A stretch of 64,000 bases of DNA from Acidobacteriota bacterium (GTDB lineage: Bacteria; Acidobacteriota; UBA6911). A model generated the notes under the pieces. The model made no database searches, had not been told where the DNA came from, and worked only from the letters and a program-made list of their open reading frames with translations. Shown in pieces: positions 59,523 through 64,000 of the stretch. The position numbers and the translations under genes are program-made. Location of the stretch: the NCBI GenBank assembly GCA_963664705.1, contig OY761556.1, forward strand, positions 2,624,001 through 2,688,000. Reading direction: 5' to 3'. Position 1 is the first letter of the stretch; each line of letters opens with the position of its first letter.

Positions 59523-61028
59523 CTATCCGGGGAGAATTGCACCCTGCTTTTTCAGGCTTGCCTGCAAAGCTTTGATATTAATCTTTCTCAGGTCCACTTT
59601 GCTGCTGATCGCCTGAGCAGCAGCAATTCCCGCGGCCTCTCCAAGTGCAATACAATGCGGTATATAGTTGAAGAAGTTGTTCGCAACCGCATTGGACGAA
59701 AATGCGCGACAGGCAATGAGGAGATTATTGATTTTGCGCGGTATCATGCAGCGATACGGCATGTATGTTAGCGGTGATTTGATCGAATCCTGACCACGAT
59801 CGACGTCAGGGAATATGGCAATCGTGTCCTCGAAGGGAACGTTCGAATCCATATCCTTTTCCGTGAGCACGTATTCACCAACAATTCTCCTGGCGCCCCG
59901 GGTGCCGAGCTGCGGATTGGTAAGCACAATGTAGCTTTTTTCGAAACCTGGAATATTCTTTTTGTAATAGTCGTGACTCACCAACATTTCTTTTCGGCCC
60001 AGGAACTCTACCCTCGTCAGCTCCTCGACATCCACTTGACTGGAATTCGCGTATCGGGGGAAAACCCAAACCAGATCTTCCTGGTCTTTTAAATTGCTGG
60101 TTAGAAAACTGGCATGTCCACCTCGTTTTCGGATCTCGCGCATCTCTTCAACAAATTCTTTGGCATGCGCCTTTCTGTACTCTTCATATTTTTTCAAATC
60201 GACGTTTGCGATCCAGTATGAAAAGGACAGGTTGGCAATCCGCAGCGCAGGGTCGATGTCGCTTTTAAACTCAGCACCCGAACCGGGCAACAGGTCCCCA
60301 TCGCCAGTGGAATCGATGACAACTTTTGCCAGCACGGCCTGCCTTCCAGACTTGCTTTCGAAGATGACTCCCTTGACCTGGTTGCCATCCATTATGGGCT
60401 CAGTGCCCCATGAATGGAGGTAGGTCTTAACATTCGCTTCTTTCACCATTTCGTTCAGTATGCACTTGGATATCTCGGCATCGATGTGCGCTGAATAGAG
60501 AACCGTCTTCTCTTTAACATTAAAAAAGGACCGGTGATCGTAATACTCCACCAGTTTGGGATCTTTGGAACCCCAATGCTCCTTTTTCGGGAAATCCGTC
60601 GCATCCCTGCGCTTTAATCGATCTATCCACTCCTGGTTTATGCCGGCGATCTGTTGTTTCCCGCTAAAATCGCTCAAGTTGGGGATAATGGTAACCAGCC
60701 CGCCCGTACCCATACCTCCCAGGTATCCATACCGTTCAATCAGAACCGTATCCGCACCGCTTCTAGCCGCCGTCAGGGCCGCGCCTATACCTCCTGGGCC
60801 ACCGCCGACAACCACAACATCGGCTGTCCGGCATACACGCGTCTGCCTTAGAGCTTCGGTGACTGTCTTGCCGGAAATTTTCGCGGATGGCAATTTTGAC
60901 TGAGCGGTCACGGGCAGCGCAAAACTGCCAGCGCCGGCAGCAATAGCAGCCGCCGCTCCTTTCATAGCCGTATTCTGAAAAAACTTTCTGCGGGATATTC
61001 CGTTTTTCGCTTCTTCTGACAATTTCAT
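59523..61028 (-). CDS. Tat-exported FAD-dependent oxidoreductase (FAD_oxidored-type)
   Basis: SRRKFF Tat motif, DVVVVGGGPGG, LIER.GYLGG..T.GLV, IDSTGDGD, RRIVGEY.LT and MPYRC.IP...NLL.ACR. Confidence 0.88.
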   Translation of the reverse strand: MKLSEEAKNGISRRKFFQNTAMKGAAAAIAAGAGSFALPVTAQSKLPSAKISGKTVTEALRQTRVCRTADVVVVGGGPGGIGAALTAARSGADTVLIERYGYLGGMGTGGLVTIIPNLSDFSGKQQIAGINQEWIDRLKRRDATDFPKKEHWGSKDPKLVEYYDHRSFFNVKEKTVLYSAHIDAEISKCILNEMVKEANVKTYLHSWGTEPIMDGNQVKGVIFESKSGRQAVLAKVVIDSTGDGDLLPGSGAEFKSDIDPALRIANLSFSYWIANVDLKKYEEYRKAHAKEFVEEMREIRKRGGHASFLTSNLKDQEDLVWVFPRYANSSQVDVEELTRVEFLGRKEMLVSHDYYKKNIPGFEKSYIVLTNPQLGTRGARRIVGEYVLTEKDMDSNVPFEDTIAIFPDVDRGQDSIKSPLTYMPYRCMIPRKINNLLIACRAFSSNAVANNFFNYIPHCIALGEAAGIAAAQAISSKVDLRKINIKALQASLKKQGAILPG

Positions 61029-61193
61029 TGCGGATTCTCCTCACCCTGGATTCGTAATGCTAAAACTACCTACCTCAAAAAGATAGTGTTTAAACCTGCC
61101 AGTGCGCCGACAAATCACCTACTGCATTCCGGAAAATCCGACGCATCGCTCTATGGGATACCTACGGAATGGGAGGGTGTAGCTCCAGCTGCC

Positions 61194-61223
61194 AAGCTAT
61201 CCGACCTGTTTGCCCCTTGTCAA
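61194..61223 (-). promoter_or_regulatory. Sigma70-type promoter for the oxidoreductase/Fe-S operon
   Basis: Minus strand TTGACA-N18-TAGCTT, 7 bp from the operator. Confidence 0.65.
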
Positions 61224-61230
61224 GAAGTAT

Positions 61231-61248
61231 TGTCATAGATATGTGACA
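61231..61248. promoter_or_regulatory. Operator TGTCAYA-N4-TGTGACA (copy 7)
   Basis: TGTCATAGATATGTGACA. Confidence 0.75.
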
Positions 61249-61336
61249 TCTCACGATCCCGCCTTCATTCCCGCTCCGCGGTCACCCGCTTAGACGGAAA
61301 CTGGGCATTTGCACAGGGGTTCAGTGTATCCCGCAG

Positions 61337-62335
61337 TTATTTCAGATTCTTCTTTTTTATTACCCAGTCCGGATCTTTGCACAAACGGCAGTCCAGGCCG
61401 ACGAATGCCTTGCCGGCCTCCTGTTCGCCCTTCAATTGCCACTGCAGCCACAGTCGAGCGGCCTGCGCCATCTTCCCACCAAAAGGCTTGCCCAGCGATC
61501 CATTGTGGCCAACGTTGCCAAGATTTGCATTAAACAGAGGAATGTCTTCAATTTGCTGATAGTCAATCTCGGCGTTTTTATAGGCGATATCTTTTTCGCC
61601 GCCGATCAGATAGATCACAGGTGTGTGCAGTCTCTTCAGTGTTTCCTCGGTAGCCGGAACAATAACTTTGATCGTTTTGCCGTCCGGTCCCTTCATCACG
61701 AATTCCTGCGGCGTACCGCGCATGATGCCGCTATTGAAAATAATGGCTGTCCTGACCCTCGGATCCACGGCGGCTTCGAGCGCCTCCAACGCGCCGCACG
61801 ACTGGCCGGATACCGCAATCGCATCCGTCGCAACCTTGCCATAGTACGGACTCTTCCGATCCCTATTCTGCGCCACGGCCCAGTCGATAGCCTCAAAAAG
61901 GTAACTTGTCTTCGAGCGTTCAGAACTTATCGCGCCCGCGGTGACGTCCGATGGCTGGCCCGCCGTCATCCCGTTCGCGTCTGGCCTTCCTTCCGGCCGA
62001 AACGCCGGCTGAATCGGTCCGCTCGCAATGACCAGGAAACCATAGGACGCAATCTCCGTAAGATAGGTCTCAAATGCGTTGCCGATCATCGAGCATCCGC
62101 CATTACCAAATGCCACAATGGGCAGCTTGCCTTTCACGGCCTTCATGTCGATGGGGCGATATATGGTGTGCCGGGCAAGTGACGGCTCCATCATTTCCTG
62201 CACTTTATAGGGCCCATTGGTCTGGAACACGGGCTCTTTCACGATCATCTCCTGACTCTGGGCCGCGGTTTGCTGCACATTCGCCTCGCCGCTATAAATG
62301 CTAATTACCGCCACAATCATTGGGAGCCATTTCAT
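61337..62335 (-). CDS. Exported alpha/beta hydrolase, paralog 3 of 3
   Basis: HTIYRP, FGNGGC, EIASYGFLVIA, GQSCGA, KDIAY and GHNG; ATG at 62335. Confidence 0.8.
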   Translation of the reverse strand: MKWLPMIVAVISIYSGEANVQQTAAQSQEMIVKEPVFQTNGPYKVQEMMEPSLARHTIYRPIDMKAVKGKLPIVAFGNGGCSMIGNAFETYLTEIASYGFLVIASGPIQPAFRPEGRPDANGMTAGQPSDVTAGAISSERSKTSYLFEAIDWAVAQNRDRKSPYYGKVATDAIAVSGQSCGALEALEAAVDPRVRTAIIFNSGIMRGTPQEFVMKGPDGKTIKVIVPATEETLKRLHTPVIYLIGGEKDIAYKNAEIDYQQIEDIPLFNANLGNVGHNGSLGKPFGGKMAQAARLWLQWQLKGEQEAGKAFVGLDCRLCKDPDWVIKKKNLK

Positions 62336-62368
62336 AGGGTTTTCCTTTCTCGCAACCTGTCGTGAATA

Positions 62369-62386
62369 TGTCACATATATATGACA
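62369..62386. promoter_or_regulatory. Operator TGTCACA-N4-TRTGACA (copy 8)
   Basis: TGTCACATATATATGACA between two divergent esterase genes. Confidence 0.75.
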
Positions 62387-62485
62387 ACTAATATGATAAA
62401 GTCTTGCTTCATCCGATTTAGAAAACGAATCATTCCATTATTGTCTCGGCGGTAAGCTAACAAATAACTATGGAGATTGCATGGC

Positions 62486-63808
62486 ATGAAAAAAATATTG
62501 GCAGTTACCTTCCTGACCGGCATGTTAGCTGCGGGAGTCTGTTTCGCCCAAGTCGCGGAGCAGGAACTGGTCCCTGCTCCGCTGCGCTCGGCCTCAGCAC
62601 CGGCGGTCGCGGCACATCCTTCACCTTACAATTTCCCGGGAGTTCAATTTCCCCGGATTGAAGCGGATTCGCGCGTCACGTTCCGTTTCAGTGCTCCTAA
62701 CGCACAAAAAGTACAGGTTGCCCTGGTTACCTCCGGATCGAATTCGCTTCAGCCGCTTCCGTTTGACATGGTAAAAGGCGAGGATGGCGTGTGGACCTAC
62801 ACAAGCACCCCGCAGAGTCCCGGCTACCACAATTACTGGATGCTGGTGGATGGCGCGGCCGTATTGGATCCGGCAACCAACGCTTTCATCGGTTACAGCC
62901 ATATGTGCAACGGGTTTGAGATTCCCGAACCGGGCGTCGATTATTATGATTTGAAAGATGTTCCACACGGCAATGTACTCATCAAAAATTACTTTGCGAA
63001 AACATTGAATACGTGGCGGCACATATTCGTCTATACGCCCCCGGGCTACGATAGCAACCCCTCCACCCGATATCCGGTGCTGTACCTGCAGCACGGGGGC
63101 GGAGAGGATGAGCGGGTGTGGATCGAAATGGGTCGGACGAACCTGATCCTCGACAACATGCTCGCGCAGGGCAAAGTCAAACCCTTGATTGTCGTCATGG
63201 AGACCAGTGCCGTTGGCGTTCCACCGAGCGCAGGTGCCCCTGCCCCCGGTGCGGGTCGTGGTCCCGGATTTGGATTCGGAGGGCCCGGAGGCGGCCCCTA
63301 TGGGCAGCTAATGACCAACGAGTTGATTCCATGGGTCGACAAAAACTTCCGTACGCTTGCCGACAAGGACCACAGGGCCATGGCAGGTCTTTCAATGGGC
63401 GGCATGCAGACGGCATCCGTCACCATGGCCAACCTCGATAAATTTTCATACATCGGCTTGTTCAGCGGTGGCGCGTCCATGGGATTTGTTCCCGGTAGTC
63501 AGTTCAGTCCTGCAAAACCGGTTCCCGGTACTGCTCCGGCGGCAGGGTCGGCACCGTTCGATATAAAAACAGTTTACAGCGGCGCCATGGCCAACCCTGC
63601 GGAATTTAATAAGAAGGTGAAGGTCCTCTTTATGAGTTTTGGCTCGGAACCACCGCTGGAGAATCCGCAAGGATTGAAGAAGCACCAGGAACAGCTTATT
63701 GCCGCCGGCATCAAGAACAGCTATGTCTATATTTCGCCTGGTACGTCGCATGAATGGCAGACCTGGCGAAGAAGTCTGTATGTTTTTGCTCCCCTTCTAT
63801 TCCGGTAG
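62486..63808 (+). CDS. Exported esterase (CE1-like) with N-terminal Ig/CBM48-like domain
   Basis: VTFRF.APNA.KVQV, G.H.Y..LVDG..V.DP, VYTPPGY, YPVLYLQHGGGEDE, RAMAGLSMGG and HEWQTWRRSL. Confidence 0.9.
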   Translation: MKKILAVTFLTGMLAAGVCFAQVAEQELVPAPLRSASAPAVAAHPSPYNFPGVQFPRIEADSRVTFRFSAPNAQKVQVALVTSGSNSLQPLPFDMVKGEDGVWTYTSTPQSPGYHNYWMLVDGAAVLDPATNAFIGYSHMCNGFEIPEPGVDYYDLKDVPHGNVLIKNYFAKTLNTWRHIFVYTPPGYDSNPSTRYPVLYLQHGGGEDERVWIEMGRTNLILDNMLAQGKVKPLIVVMETSAVGVPPSAGAPAPGAGRGPGFGFGGPGGGPYGQLMTNELIPWVDKNFRTLADKDHRAMAGLSMGGMQTASVTMANLDKFSYIGLFSGGASMGFVPGSQFSPAKPVPGTAPAAGSAPFDIKTVYSGAMANPAEFNKKVKVLFMSFGSEPPLENPQGLKKHQEQLIAAGIKNSYVYISPGTSHEWQTWRRSLYVFAPLLFR

Positions 63809-63882
63809 TAGATGAAGCTGCAACTGAAGACTTGTGTTGAAGCGCGGTGGCTTGGAGCGCGTTGCCAAACCCGTTCTGTACC

Positions 63883-63914
63883 CCGTCGGAGGCCGGGACA
63901 CCGGCCTCCGACGG
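63883..63914. repeat. GC-rich palindrome (terminator or REP-like)
   Basis: CCGTCGGAGGCCGG-GACA-CCGGCCTCCGACGG, perfect 14-bp stem. Confidence 0.6.
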
Positions 63915-64000
63915 TATGGGCTTATTGAAAACCGCATTCTTATGGCAGAGACGGAGGCGCTCAGCCAAACCCAGGCCGTTCACGAAATGCCCAAGTTCGA

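Overview
About 64 kb of a probably anaerobic Gram-negative bacterium. The two large carboxypeptidase-domain TonB-dependent receptors suggest Acidobacteriota (inference). The left end is the tail of an L-arabinose/pentose operon (galM, sodium:solute symporter, araB, araD, FucI-type isomerase). The rest is a catabolic/respiratory island: 12 exported esterases or alpha/beta hydrolases and no glycoside hydrolase, two TonB receptors, three Tat-exported flavoproteins (one split at an A_AAA_AAG site), a fused NapH/NapG-like Fe-S membrane protein, a family III CoA-transferase plus an atypical 2-hydroxyacyl-CoA dehydratase pair, MFS transporters, and TetR, LacI and two GntR regulators. The main hidden feature is that three ORF pairs split by the ORF caller (9.6-11.4, 20.6-22.4 and 48.6-50.3 kb) each read as one gene with an in-frame UGA in a U-x-x-C motif (HUSSC, HUSSC, DUGSC) followed by a SECIS-like hairpin. 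They are best read as three exported UGSC/GrdB-like selenoproteins, two of them followed by a dedicated partner gene. Two recurring operators tie the island together: TGTCACA-N4-TGTGACA (8 copies at 7 loci, four placed 6-7 bp upstream of a TTGACW-N18-TAnnnT promoter) and ATGCATWWTGCATGCATRT (3 copies). No rRNA, tRNA, CRISPR array or transposase was seen. All family calls come from reading motifs by eye, not from database searches.
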